Origin: Octopus sinensis
Taxonomy: Eukaryota
Direction of reading: 5' to 3'
Assembly: GCF_006345805.1 (NCBI RefSeq)
Contig: NC_043022.1
Coordinates: 6,634,001 to 6,698,000 of the forward strand
Length of the DNA stretch: 64,000 nucleotides
Part shown: piece after piece, positions 21,969 to 34,864 of the stretch
Layout of the letters: every line of letters starts with the position of its first letter
Position numbering within the stretch: the stretch's first letter is position 1
Made by a program: the position numbers and the translations under genes
Notes under the pieces: model-generated
Seen by the model: only the letters and a program-made list of their open reading frames with translations
What the model was told of the DNA's origin: nothing
Database searches by the model: none

Positions 21969-22435
21969 TCGAGGTTGACACCACATAAAAACCATGCTGG
22001 CACCATGTAAAAAGTACCCAGTACATTCTATAAAGGTTTGGCATTAGGAAGGGCATCCAGCCATAGAAACTATGGCAAAACAGATAATTGGACCCTGATG
22101 CAGCTTTTCAGCTTCTGTCAAACCATCCAACTCATGCCGGCACGGAAAACGGACTTTACACACACACACAAACACACACATACATACATAAACGAATAAA
22201 AGAATACACACACACACAAAAGTTTTTGGGTAATCGAAAGAAAGTGGCACTGAGCATGTTCAGCAGGAATTACGTATATTTAATAACAGTTTGACACAGA
22301 TCTATAAAGTTTTGTGGGTTGCAGATGTCTGTATGTATGTGCTCCCCCTCTACTGTTTGTCAACCGGTGTTGGTTTCTTTGTATCCCTGGGACTTATCCG
22401 TTTGGCAATAGAATAAGTACCAGACTTCAAAACAG

Positions 22436-22805
22436 AGTGGCTGTGTGGTAAGTAGCTTGTTTACCAACCACATGGTTCCGGGTTCAGTCTACTATTGCCT
22501 CGGGCCGACCAAAGCCTTGTGAGTGGATTTGGTAGACGGAAACTGAAAAGAAGCCCGTCGTATATATGTATATGTATATATATATGCGTGTGTGTATTTG
22601 TGTGTCTGTGTTTGTCCCAATGACAACCGATGCTGGTGTGTTTATGTCCCCGTTACTTAGCGGTTCGGCAAAACAGACGATAGAATAAGTACTGGGCTTA
22701 CAAAAGAATAAGTCCCGGGGTCGAGTTGCTCGATTAAAGGCGGTGCTCCAGCATGGCCGCAGTCAAATGACTGAAACAAGTAAAAGAGTAAATAAAAAAG
22801 AGTAA
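22436..22805 (+). mobile_element. SINE family A
   Basis: same consensus, small internal deletion. Confidence 0.8.
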
Positions 22806-23518
22806 ATCCACAGGTCGATTTGGTCAACTAATACCTTTCAAGGCAGTACCCCAGCATGGCTGCAGCTCAAATACTGAAACAGGTAAAATTCATTTCGTAT
22901 CCTTGCCCCGTAAACCCCGTCTCTGTCTTTCTCTCATTTTCTCCTTTTATTTTACACTCACGTTACATCTTTATTCTTATTCTACTTTCTCTTTCCCTTC
23001 ATTCTAATTCTTACTCTCCCTTCCTCTCCTCCCCCTGTCTCTCCCTCTCTCTCTCTTTACCTATCTATCTCCACCTTTCTATCTGTTTATGTATCTACGT
23101 CACATAATTCTCCCCCACTCTTTAGCTACCCACGTCCTACCATCTGAGATTGTTTTCTTATTTGAATCCGTAACGGTTTTCGTCCTTGTTTAAAAAAGAA
23201 AAAGAAAACATTGGTTGATTGACCGTTAACACCACAAACAGCCACAGAACACCTAATATTTTATGTCAACCGTTTCTGAGAGGCTTCTTTCATAAGTCTT
23301 TCAGTATAAATGTTGCTGTACTCAGATGATCCGCAGAAAACTATAAACTGTTCATCTGTACTTTAATTAGTTACAGTCGTTCGACTAAGAAATATTAGAA
23401 ACAACAGCCAAATTACCCTCAAACTTCACAATACACATCTAAACAATGGACGAAGATACAGCAAAAACTGTCTTTATTTTTTAATAAATTAGTTTTGTAC
23501 AATAATTATTAAATCTGT

Positions 23519-23939
23519 GGATCACTTTGGTTTGAACGGCAGTTTTTAACATAATTTCTAGGTAACTAAAAAGTTTTAAACTTCGTATACTGGTAGAATG
23601 TGTTTATAAAACATATTTTTCTCTTGGCTTTATTGAGAAAATTCTATAGTTTGTAAGATATTTGTTGTTTTTTCTTCAATTTCTGCAATTTCAACCAATC
23701 AATAACGTCTATTGAGGTAAAAAAAACCATTCTGTGCCGTATGAATATGTCCCTCGCTTAAGAAACAAATTGGGTTTATTTACAATTGTAAAGAAAAAAA
23801 GATACCCTTCCCCCACCCATAACCCTAACTAACCCTAAAACAGATTGAAATGCAATAGATCGATACTAGGGTCATAATTATGGGTGACAATTTCATATGA
23901 CACCGCTAGAAAAAATTGCCGTTCAAACTGAAAATTTCC
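23519..23939. mobile_element. MITE, Merlin-like family 1
   Basis: GG...CC termini, imperfect TIR containing gtttgaacggca(g/a)ttttt, perfect 8-bp TSD AAATCTGT. Confidence 0.7.
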
Positions 23940-24124
23940 AAATCTGTTCCTTATATATAAAAAAAAAAAAATTTCCTTGTCATTCGAATGAGTAAAATGT
24001 ATCTTAGTGATATTATTACAGTATTATTATTAATAACATGTATAGCGAGAAGGGGTTAATCTTAAGGTTTAGCTGCAATTATTTATTTATTTATATAATA
24101 AAAGACGGCTTTAACTAAAAACTG

Positions 24125-24511
24125 GGCGATCTTTCGTCTCTAGTAGACCTTTCCGTCGATTTCCGTAAAAAAATTTTTTTTTTTACATATGGGCTTGCGG
24201 GAACTTTTGAAGTAATGAGAGCGAAAGAGACACATTACTCTCTCTCTGTCTCTTCACACACACTAACAGAAGCACTTCACTTACACAACATACTGTCTGT
24301 CTCCCACACCCCATCAAACACACACACACACACACACACGTACATCAATGCTCCCATGCACGGTAACTTCAAAAGAACTTCCCTCAATCGCTTTCTCTTA
24401 GTCTCTTTCGCTCTCATTACTTCAAAAGTTCCCGCAAGCCCATATGTAAAAAAAAAAAAAAATTTTTTTACGGAAATCGACGGAAAGGTCTACTAGAGAC
24501 GAAAGATTGCC
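24125..24511. mobile_element. MITE, Merlin-like family 2 (long TIR)
   Basis: ~105-bp TIRs beginning GGC(A/G)ATCTTTCG, perfect 8-bp TSD AAAAACTG. Confidence 0.75.
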
Positions 24512-24929
24512 AAAAACTGAAATGATGGACTCGATTCGTTGAAAGATACCAGTTGAAGAAAACAACTGACTAATTTGAATTCGGAATAGAAGCGTGACTA
24601 AGACAGTCGACCGTGTATAAACAGGGCCGGATTTAGACCTTGTGTGGACTCTGAGCCATGGCCAGACCGGACCATGCATAAATACGGTGCATATTCTCTG
24701 CCTTTTTAAGGAGACAGTAGGCTGTGATATAAGTGAGATTTGGCTGCTCTCTCTACCAAGTAGTTGCTCCCACACACACACATACCGTTTTAGTTTGTCA
24801 CCGAACAACATTAACCGTCAATGCCATCATTTTAGGCAAAAAAAAAATGCTCTTCAATACTATTTTTGTCAAAAGCTGTGTAAATTCTCTAGGGGTCCAA
24901 ACAGAGATGTAATCATGGACATAATGGAT

Positions 24930-25305
24930 GGAAGCACTCCGTCGGTTACGACGATGAGGGTTCCGGTTGATCCGAATCAACGGAACAGCCTGCTCGTAAA
25001 ATTAACGTGTAAGTGGCTGAGCACTCCACAGACACGTGTACCCTTAACGTAGTTCTCGGGGATATTCAGCGTGACACAGAGAGTGACAAGGCCGGCCCTT
25101 TGAAATACAGGTACAACAGAAACAGGAAGTAAGAGTGAGAGAAAGTTGTGGTGAAAGAGTACAGCAGGGATCACCACCATCCCCTGCCGGAGCCTCGTGG
25201 AGCTTTTAGGTGTTTTCGCTCAATAAACACTCACAACGCCCGGTCTGGGAATCGAAACCGCGATCCTACGACCGCTGCCCTAACCACTGGCCATTGCGCC
25301 TCCAT
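24930..25305 (-). mobile_element. SINE family C, tRNA-Arg-like head (others ~4545-4860, 14770-15027, 19337-19678, 49628-49950, 56965-57240)
   Basis: head ggaggcgcaatggcc(c)agtggttagggc...ggtttcgattccc; body gtggctgagcactccacagacacgtgtacccttaacg. Confidence 0.8.
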
Positions 25306-25689
25306 GGACATAAGGCACAACGAAATAACAGATTCAGAACTCAGACACGTTTGCATTTCGTCTGTCTTCACATTCTGAGTTCAAATTTCGCTGAGGCTGA
25401 CTTTGCTTTTCACCCTTCCAGAGTCAGTAAAATAAGTAACAGTCGAGTACTGGGGTCGATGTAATTGACCTTGTGCCAAAATTTGAAATCAATATTTGTG
25501 GAAAATCTTTTTAAGGGTCTCCGGACTCAAAAGCCATATCTGTTATTTGAGGAGCTCACACCATATTTGCGCCTGAATTGATCAAGCTTTGTTTCAGAGC
25601 AGACTGCCTTCATATATCTAGTTATGGTCGTTTTAACAACATTGCTGGGCCCCCAAGCAATTCAATGCACTGGACCCTGGGTAAATTTC

Positions 25690-25913
25690 GATTCCTTTCA
25701 CCCGCACGATTTTCACTAAGAAAAAAAAACTCGAATTTTTTTTACGTGGAATCAAGTACCCTGACCGCCCAATATGCTGCAACCCCACTTTTTTCAGAAG
25801 AAAAATAAAGGGTTTGCAGCATATTAGGAAGTCAGAGTACTTGATCCCACGCAAAAAAATCCCAAGTTTTTTTTGGTTTTTTTCTTAGTGAAAATCGTGC
25901 AGGTGAAAGGATC
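25690..25913. mobile_element. fold-back (palindromic) MITE-like element
   Basis: ~100-bp imperfect inverted arms around a short A/T centre. Confidence 0.6.
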
Positions 25914-25980
25914 AAATAATACCCCATTTACACAGTGGCAAATCGGTTATCATTTTTTGCTAAATATCAATGATATTACA

Positions 25981-26365
25981 TCTTTATATATAAAAGTCAA
26001 GTTGTGTGTCTGTCTCCTACGATTTAGATTCCTAACTACTCCCACATTTTGCGGTGCAGTTTAACCAAAACCGGGTATCTTATAGTCGTGATTCATATCG
26101 AGCCCTTCTTGGTATTAGCGCGCGCCTACGCTGAGTCTACGATTTTAAAAATAATTTACCATCATTTTTTTCCATTTTAATGCATTTTTTCGCTATTATA
26201 TAAGGGAAGTAATTCTCTAAAAATGTCTACGATGAGTCAACAATTTAAAAAAAAATTTACGATCTTTTTTTTCCACTTTTAATGCATTTTTTGGCTATAA
26301 CTCTCTAAAAATGCTTATATAGTTATTTCCCTTACAAACCGAGCAACGCCGGGCGATACTGCTAG
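25981..26365 (+). mobile_element. non-autonomous Helitron (variant interior)
   Basis: A|TC...CTAG|T with the same 3' hairpin. Confidence 0.8.
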
Positions 26366-26659
26366 TTACATATAAACACGATGTAAAAGAGACATACACA
26401 AAATATGAAAGAAAAAAAACCCAGGTTCATCAGAATGTTCCTCCACGAAACATTCAGACAGTTTCTCATCAATTTACAGTTTGCCTGATGATATTTCAAC
26501 AGATACTGAGGTGGAGGCCACGTTTTAATGCGGTTTACTAATGTCATGGGCCGGCTGTTGTTTTCCTTTCAACAACAATGCTTCTGGAAGGTTTGGAATG
26601 GTACCTTTAATCTAAGGGAGATTTTAGCTCAACAATGTTCTAATCTGTCTATTTTTTTT

Positions 26660-27270
26660 TTAAGCATGGTATACACACACACACACTCACATAATATATT
26701 CATATATATACATACATACACACATACATATATATACGTACATTCATACGTATATACATATATACATACATACGCATACAATTTATGTATGTATCATACA
26801 TAAATTCATACATACATACATACACACACATACATACACACACACACATACATACATACATATATACGTACATTCATACATATATACAAACCTACATACA
26901 TACATACATACACACATCATACATACATACATACAAAGGGGTTTGCAGCATATTAGGAAGTCAGAATACTTGATCCTACGCAAAAAAATACATACATACA
27001 TACACACATCATACATACATACATACATACACACATACATACACACATACATACATACATACATACACACATACATACATACATACACACATACATACAC
27101 ACATACATACATACATACATACACACATACATACATACACACATACACACATACATACATACACACATACATACATACATATATACGTACATTCATACAT
27201 ATATACAAACCTACATACATACATACACACATACATACATACATACTATATACATACATACATGCATGCA
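26660..27270. repeat. (CATA/TACA)n compound microsatellite
   Basis: direct inspection; other large (TA)/(CA)/(GA) tracts at ~30440-30950, 31950-32250, 35980-36350, 59500-59660. Confidence 0.95.
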
Positions 27271-27399
27271 TATGTACATCTATAACAAAAATACCCTGTT
27301 GTTGATATTGAAATTCCAATGAAGGATTTTGGGATCTAGGTTAGAAACCAAGTCTTTCTCAATTGGCAAGAAATCTTGAAATGAAACTAAAAATGACAT

Positions 27400-27448
<49 letters not shown>

Positions 27449-27467
27449 CAATATAAATGGACGGAAC

Positions 27468-27770
27468 GGCAATCTTTCGTCTCTAGTAGACCTTTCCGTC
27501 GATTTCCGTAAAAAAATTTTTTTTTTTTTTTGCATATGGGCTTGCGGGAACTTTTGAAGTAATGAGAGCGAAAGAGACTAAGAGAAAGCGATTGTATGAC
27601 GAGGGAAGTTCTTTTGAAGTTAGAGAGTGATAGCCGAAATTTTTTACTCGGTGTATGTGTATATATGTATGTATATTACTTCAAAAGTTCCCGCAAGCCC
27701 ATATCTAAAAAAAAAAAGAAAATTTTTTACGGAAATCGACGGAAAGGTCTACTAGAGACGAAAGGTTGCC
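27468..27770. mobile_element. MITE, family 2 copy
   Basis: same TIRs; degenerate TSD gacggaac/aatggaac. Confidence 0.7.
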
Positions 27771-27808
27771 AATGGAACATATTTGAGAAATACTCTGACG
27801 AAGACCTT

Positions 27809-30220
27809 GGGATGTGATTTCAAAGAGATTTAGCTGTTATTTCTAACAGGCAGGACGACCATATAGAAGCTCAACTGTTGACTCGTTGTTTAGCCCCAGG
27901 CCAAACCTGATCTAGTGTGCCTGTAAGACATTCCATCCACGACCATCCCTTTTTATTCAGGGTACGGTCATCTCTGAACGGACATCCTTAGAATCACAAC
28001 ATTCCAACCGTGATCATCCTTCCTCTGATTCAAGTATAAATGTATCTTGGACGACATCCTCACCTTTTAAGGGGGTCAGAATGTCGACCAACCATTAGGC
28101 ACCTGTTCAATTCGTACTCAAGATGTTATTCAGTCTTGACTGAGCAGTTTTACAATGTAAGACAATCCAACCGTAACCGTCCTGTTCTTTCGAGCAGATT
28201 TTAAATCAATTGTAGATTGTGGTTTGAGTGATATTTGGCTGCTATTTCTAATAAGTCGAGTGACGCAGTAAAGGCTCTGCCCTTGGTGAGTTCGAACCCT
28301 TGCTCTTCGGTTTACCGTTCAATATTTATATTTCAGTCAACACGATAAAACAAATATATAAACGACTGGACGATGGTGTTGTTTAGCCATGGGTCAGCCC
28401 TGGACAGGCCCATGACCCTCCAGTCGAACATATCAGGAACGACTACATTGTTCAATGTGTCCTTACAATTTTTAAGACTGGGATGTGATTTCAAAGAGAT
28501 TTAGCTGTTATTTCTAACAGGCAGGACGACCATATAGAAGCTCAACTGTTGACTCGTTGTTTAGCCCCAGGCCAAACCTGATCTAGTGTGCCTGTAAGAC
28601 ATTCCATCCATGACCATCCCTTTTTAATTTTTTTTAAATAAGAAATAACAAAGGCTGTAGTCCCTTCTTTTCCTGGACGATGGTGTTGTTTAGCCATGGG
28701 TCAGTCCTGGACAGGCCTATGACCCTCCAGTCGAACATATCAGGAACGACTACATTGTTCAATGTGTCCTTACAATTTTTAAGACTGGGATGTGATTTCA
28801 AAGAGATTTAGCTGTTATTTCTAACAGGCAGGACGACCATATAGAAGCTCAACTGTTGACTCGTTGTTTAGCCCCAGGCCAAACCTGATCTAGTGTGCCT
28901 GTAAGACATTCCATCCATGACCATCCCTTTTTAATTTTTTTTGAATAAGAAATAACAAAGGCTGTAGTTCCTTCTTCTTTTCCTGGACGATGGTGTTGTT
29001 TAGCCATGGGTCAGCCCTGGACAGGCCTATGACCCTCCAGTCGAACATATCAGGAACGACTACATTGTTCAATGTGTCCTTACAATTTTTAAGACTGGGA
29101 TGTGATTTCAAAGAGATTTAGCCGTTATTTCGAACAGGCAGGACGACCATATAGAAGCTCAACTGTTGACCCGTTGTTTAGCCCCAGGCCAAACCTGATC
29201 TAGTGTGCCTGTACGACATTCCATCCGTGACCATCCCTTTTTAATTTTTTTTAATAAGAAATAACAAAGGCTGTAGTTCCTTCTTTTCCTGGACGATGGT
29301 GTTGTTTAGCCATGGGTCAGTCCTGGACAGGCCTATGACCCTCCAGTCGAACATATCAGGAACGACTACAGTTCAATGTGTCCTTACAATTTTTAAGACT
29401 GGGATGTGATTTCAAAGAGATTTAGCTGTTATTTCTAACAGACAGGACGACCATATAGAAGCTCAACTGTTGACTCGTTGTTTAGCCCCAGGCCAAACCT
29501 GATCTAGTGTGCCTGTAAGACATTCCATCCATGACCATCCCTTTTTAATTTTTTTTGAATAAGAAATAACAAAGGCTGTAGTTCCTTCTTTTCCTGGACG
29601 ATGGTGTTGTTTAGCCATGGGTCAGCCCTGGACAGGCCCATAACCCTCCAGTCGAACATATCAGGAACGACTACATTGTTCAATGTGTCCTTACAATTTT
29701 TAAGACTGGGATGTGATTTCAAAGAGATTTAGCTGTTATTTCTAACAGGCAGGACGACCGTATAGAAGCTCAACTGTTGACTCGTTGTTTAGCCCCAGGC
29801 CAAACCTGATCTAGTGTGCCTGTAAGACATTCCATCCATGACCATCCCTTTTTAATTTTTTTTGAATAAGAAATAACAAAGGCTGTAGTTCCTTCTTCTT
29901 TTCCTGGACGATGGTGTTGTTTAGCCATGGGTCAGTCCTGGACAGGCCTATGACCCTCCAGTCGAACATATCAGGAACGACTACATTGTTCAATGTGTCC
30001 TTACAATTTTTAAGACTGGGATGTGATTTCAAAGAGATTTAGCCGTTATTTCTAACAGGCAGGACGACCATATAGAAGCTCAACTGTTGACTCGTTGTTT
30101 AGCCCCAGGCCAAACCTGATCTCGTGTGCCTGTAAGACATTCCATCCATGACCATCCCTTTTTAATTTTTTTTTTTGAATAAGAAATAACAAAGGCTGTA
30201 GTTCCTTCTTCTTTTCCTGG
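27809..30220. repeat. satellite array, ~307-bp unit (about 6 homogeneous copies at ~28370-30220 plus a degenerate left flank)
   Basis: gggatgtgatttc starts at 28480, 28787, 29097, 29401, 29708, 30018 (periods 307, 310, 304, 307, 310). Confidence 0.95.
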
Positions 30221-30618
30221 ATTTTTTGTTCTTCTTTCTGCGATTAGATGTGATTTGAAGGAAGTTTTGGAGTATTTCTATGAGGAACACAAAAGGATTC
30301 CTTCTCTGGTTGGATCTGAAAAGGTTTGAGGAAGAAAAACAACAGAAAACTGAAAATTAAAATACAAATTCTGATGGTTTTGAAAACAGGTTTTTTTCCT
30401 ACTTACCTTCGTTGGGACTTTAAAACAAATGCACACAAGTGTTTACATATATTTATGTGTATATATATCTGTGTATATGTATGTATATGATATATATAAT
30501 ATATTTATGTATATATTTGTATGTATATACGTGTGTTCATATAAATATGTATATATTATATATATATATATATGTGAATGTGTATAAATAAAACAAGAAT
30601 ATATATTATGTGTGTGTA

Positions 30619-30659
<41 letters not shown>

Positions 30660-32010
30660 AATGTATGTATATATGTATGTGTATATATATAATATTGGTG
30701 TATGTATATATGTGTATGTGTGTTTAAGTGTATAGATATGTATATACTGTATATTATATGTGTGTGTGTATACTATATATATATATATATATATATATGT
30801 ATGAATGTATGTATATATATATATAATATTGGTGTATGTATATATGTGTATGTGTGTGTTTAAGTGTATAAATATGTATATACTGTATATTATATGTGTG
30901 TGTATAAAAAAATATATATATTATATATAATATACATGAGTATATATATGAACATCTGTGTGTGCCATGACCGAAGTGATTGATTAAGAGAGGGAACGTC
31001 TGCTCGAGATAATGGCGCGCCAAAAGATGAAGTTGTTTTTGGAGATCGTCTGCTTCGGTCTACTCTCGACCAATCAAAATTCACCGTTCGACGAACAGAA
31101 ACGTTCAATGAAGGAGACGCCAAAGAAACTGCTATGGTTCACCTTATACGAACGGTTGTTGTTCAAATTCCGCCGAGGTCGACTTTGCCTTTCATCCTTT
31201 CGGGGTCGATAAATTAAGTACCAGTTACGCACTGGGGTCGATGTAATCGACTTAATACCTATGTCTGTCCTTGTTTGTCCCCTCTGTGTTTAGCCCCTTG
31301 TGGGTAATAAAGAAATAGGTTGTTGTTTAACCCCAGGACAATCCAGATCAAGTAGAACTACGTTTGTTCAAAAGTGTTCCACCGATGGCCCCCTCCGTCT
31401 TTTTTTTCCAGACAAATGTATCTATGACAACATTATCCAATGTATTCTATTCTTTTTAAGGGCGTGATTTTGAAGGAAATTTTGGCTGCTATTTCTAGCA
31501 AATCATGCAGTCTTGATTTATTTCTTAATGTTTAGCTACAGATGAGCGCTGACACAACAGATTCTTGACCAATGACCCTCTCAAACACTATGTCCTTACT
31601 TTTGAAAAGACTGTAGAGTGCCATTTGAGAGAAACATGGCTGCTATTTTTAGAAGTTTGAGAACCGTTTGTTGGCACCTTTGACCTCTTGCTTCCGTGAC
31701 CCGCCGTCGCTTCGTCAGATGTAGCGGCTGTCATATTGAACATCCGCATCTGACCAGTTTTAAAAGTTGTCTGCAATGTCCGAACATTTCATTTTATTTT
31801 ATTTTTACGTGATTTTTTCACTGATGACTTCTCTTCTTATATCGAACAACCTTTTATATATATAGATCTCTAATATAAGCGCAAGTTCAGTGATTATTTT
31901 AGTGGAGATCAGCATATAATTGATTATAGCTGGAAAACACACACACGTAAATGTATGTGTGTATGTATGTGTGTATGTGTGTGTGTGTGTGTGTCTGTGT
32001 GCGTGTCTGC

Positions 32011-32110
<100 letters not shown>

Positions 32111-32192
32111 GTATAATATATATGTATATATATATATATATATATACATGCAAGTACACACATACATACACGAATGTCTCTCTCTCTCTCTG

Positions 32193-32255
<63 letters not shown>

Positions 32256-33379
32256 GCGGAGAAAGAATGTAAGAGGGAGAGAGAATAAGAAAGAGAGACA
32301 GAGTTGAAGCTACTCTGGGACGAAGCCTTTTAGATAACAATAACCGGTTGCTAATATGAAGGAGCTGATATAATAAACCAAGTGTGTTTTGACATGACTT
32401 TGATAATTTATCTATGAATATAAGAGCGTTCCACCTGGTCCAGATGAGGGTGGAGAAGTTACTTGATCTGTTATTCGTATGAACAAAATGCTGACACTGT
32501 TGTTGTTTAGCCCCAGGCCAGTTGCTAGCTCAACAAACCTTTGGTCAAAGCTGTCCCAGCCATGACACTTCAATCATTTTTTTTTTCTTTAGTTAAAGTG
32601 AATCAGAGACTTCAGTAGAAACATGGGTTGTTCTCCTTCTCTATTTCTGCCTGTCTGGTTTCTGTCCGTCTGTCTGTCTATGTCTGAGTCTGTTCACCTG
32701 TCTATCTATCTATCAGAAATATAACATGTGACTTCATTGACCGAGGTTACCGTGGTCTTTTCCGTAGGCTTTTCTTTCCACGGGTAAACCTCACCTGTCC
32801 TCCCCTTTACACTTCATATTGACATTTCTGTGATTACGATCCCTATTGATCAACTTTTTTTCCTCTCCCCTTTCCTTTTTTTTTTCCCTCTCCCCCCTTT
32901 TTTTAAAAAATCCTCCCCTTTTTTTGTCCTCTTTCTTTCCTTTTACGATCCCTTTTGATCGAAAACCAACCCCCTTTTTTTTACCCCCAAAAGAAAAGCT
33001 CTACCTTGTAATTTGTTCTGTCTGTGTGCAGCCCTGTGTGGCTAATAAAGAAACATATCTATCTATCTGTCTGTTAGTCTGCCTGACTTTCCGTCTTTCT
33101 ATCTATCTAAAGATATATCATCATCATCATCATTGTCATCACCGTCATCATCATCATTGTCATCACCATCAACATCATCATTGTCATCATTTAACATCTG
33201 TTCCATGCTGGCATGGTTTCTACAGCTGGATGTCTTTCCTAATGCCAACCACTTTACGGAGTGTACTGGGTGCGTTTTTTTTTATGTGGCCCCCTGCAAA
33301 AGTGAGGTCACCAAGTTGCAAGACAGATCCCTTCAACTGAGGGTAGGGATTTAGTATTGTAATAGGTGTCTTTGTGTGT

Positions 33380-33830
33380 TTTGTGTCAGGTGATAAGATT
33401 ATGACAGAGGGACAGAAACAAGTGTCTTTCAGTTGAGGAGCGTCATGGCTACCCCAGATGGAATAGAAGAGAAGATGGTGCAGAGGTGTCAAAGTCTACC
33501 CTTAAGTTACAGAAAGGTGGACATTAGAAAAATGGTCGTCCCAAGGACTGGACAGGGTGAGTTGGTTGATAGGATTGTGTGTGAAAGAAGAGATGCAGAT
33601 GAATAGAGGTGGGAATATAGGGGAATGCAGTGAATGATGAACATGAGCAGAGGTGGAGGAAATAGGAATGGGTCAGCTGTGCTGATGATGAGTGTGGGTA
33701 GTGTGAGAGAGATGCGCAGTGCCAGGGATGAGGTCAGAGGTATGTAGGGGGTTGAGCATAAGCAGTGGGGGCTGTCACTGGCAGAATGAAAGGGGAAGAG
33801 TGGAAGCAAAGGGGGCATTCAGAGGAAAAT
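33380..33830 (-). mobile_element. highly decayed Penelope-like GIY-YIG endonuclease fragment
   Basis: DPFLFPPPLLMFIIHCI and SIWGSHDAPQLKDTCFCPSVIILSP resemble the PLE consensus (FTCTSxNxIYCIxC ... RKxxEQxxIFxLGTLxP); frameshifted. Confidence 0.4.
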
Positions 33831-33893
33831 AAGATGGTCAGGGACACACACACATATACATACATGCATATATATATTTTTTTTTTTTTTTTA

Positions 33894-34030
33894 ATTTTAT
33901 AGAAGGAGCTTCTACAGGACTAGAACAGTTTCATTCAAATGAAATCATCAGGAAGCTTGCTGTCAAAATAAGTTTATGATTTCATTTGAATGAAACAGTT
34001 CTAGTCCTGTAGAAGCTCCTTCTATAAAAT
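33894..34030. repeat. 55-bp inverted repeat with 27-nt loop
   Basis: arms 33894-33948 and 33976-34030, one mismatch. Confidence 0.95.
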
Positions 34031-34864
34031 AAATTAATTTACTCTGCTATGTATTGAGTACCTTATTTACTGTGGTTAACCCCGACTCAACCCGGGACCT
34101 ACATATATATATAGATAGATAGATACACACATACATACATACATACATGTACCTAGGCAGCACGTCCCTGATACATAAATACATACAGGAAATGAAATCA
34201 ACCAACTGGCTTGAATATTGCAAATACAATTTGTAAGTGGAACAGTAAAAATATGCAAGACTTTTCTCAAGTTCCAAATGTGAATTTGTCTGTGTTAACT
34301 ACATCTCAAAGAAAGAAATACATGCATACACACATACATACATACATACAAGGCATGTGTGCAGTCAGTAGTTACTAAGGGTAGGCAGTTGATGACCTTT
34401 ATGTAGTAAAACACACAAAAAATAAAGGAAACACGGGCGCTTGACTGAGTTGAAGGCAGATGTACTTCTGCCTTTATAGCATGTAAAGAAAACGACGTTG
34501 TAGGAGTGTATTCAGCACGTAAACTACAGCAGTCCTATGTGTGACTTTAATACTGAGGTCGAAAGGCAGGGGCGAATTATGCCAACCTAATCTACACAAA
34601 AATATAAAATATTTTGCATTTTATGCAGAGTAATCAGAGTAACCTTCATGATTTTATTGAATTAGGTGCATATTTTGCCATCAAAGGAAAATGTTGCTAT
34701 CGATCTACTTTATTCAAGGTAGGCAGTGCCTACCTTGCCTACCCAGGCAGCACATCCCTGATATATATATAAACAGCTAGGCACACTGTGACACCATAAA
34801 GGGAAAAATTTAATTGTCACTAAGTGTGACTAAGGGTGCCAAAGCACCTACATTGCTGGACATA

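Noticed and set aside
23810-23840. Telomeric repeats
   Set aside because: Only a few ccctaa-like units inside a MITE
27809-30220. CRISPR-like array or tandem 72-73 aa genes (MKSHPSLKNC...)
   Set aside because: Whole units repeat with no unique spacers and no cas genes; eukaryotic context; the ORFs are a by-product of the satellite and are broken in some units
33915-33960. Complete hammerhead in the 55-bp hairpin
   Set aside because: Core halves present but no stem I flanking a cleavage triplet
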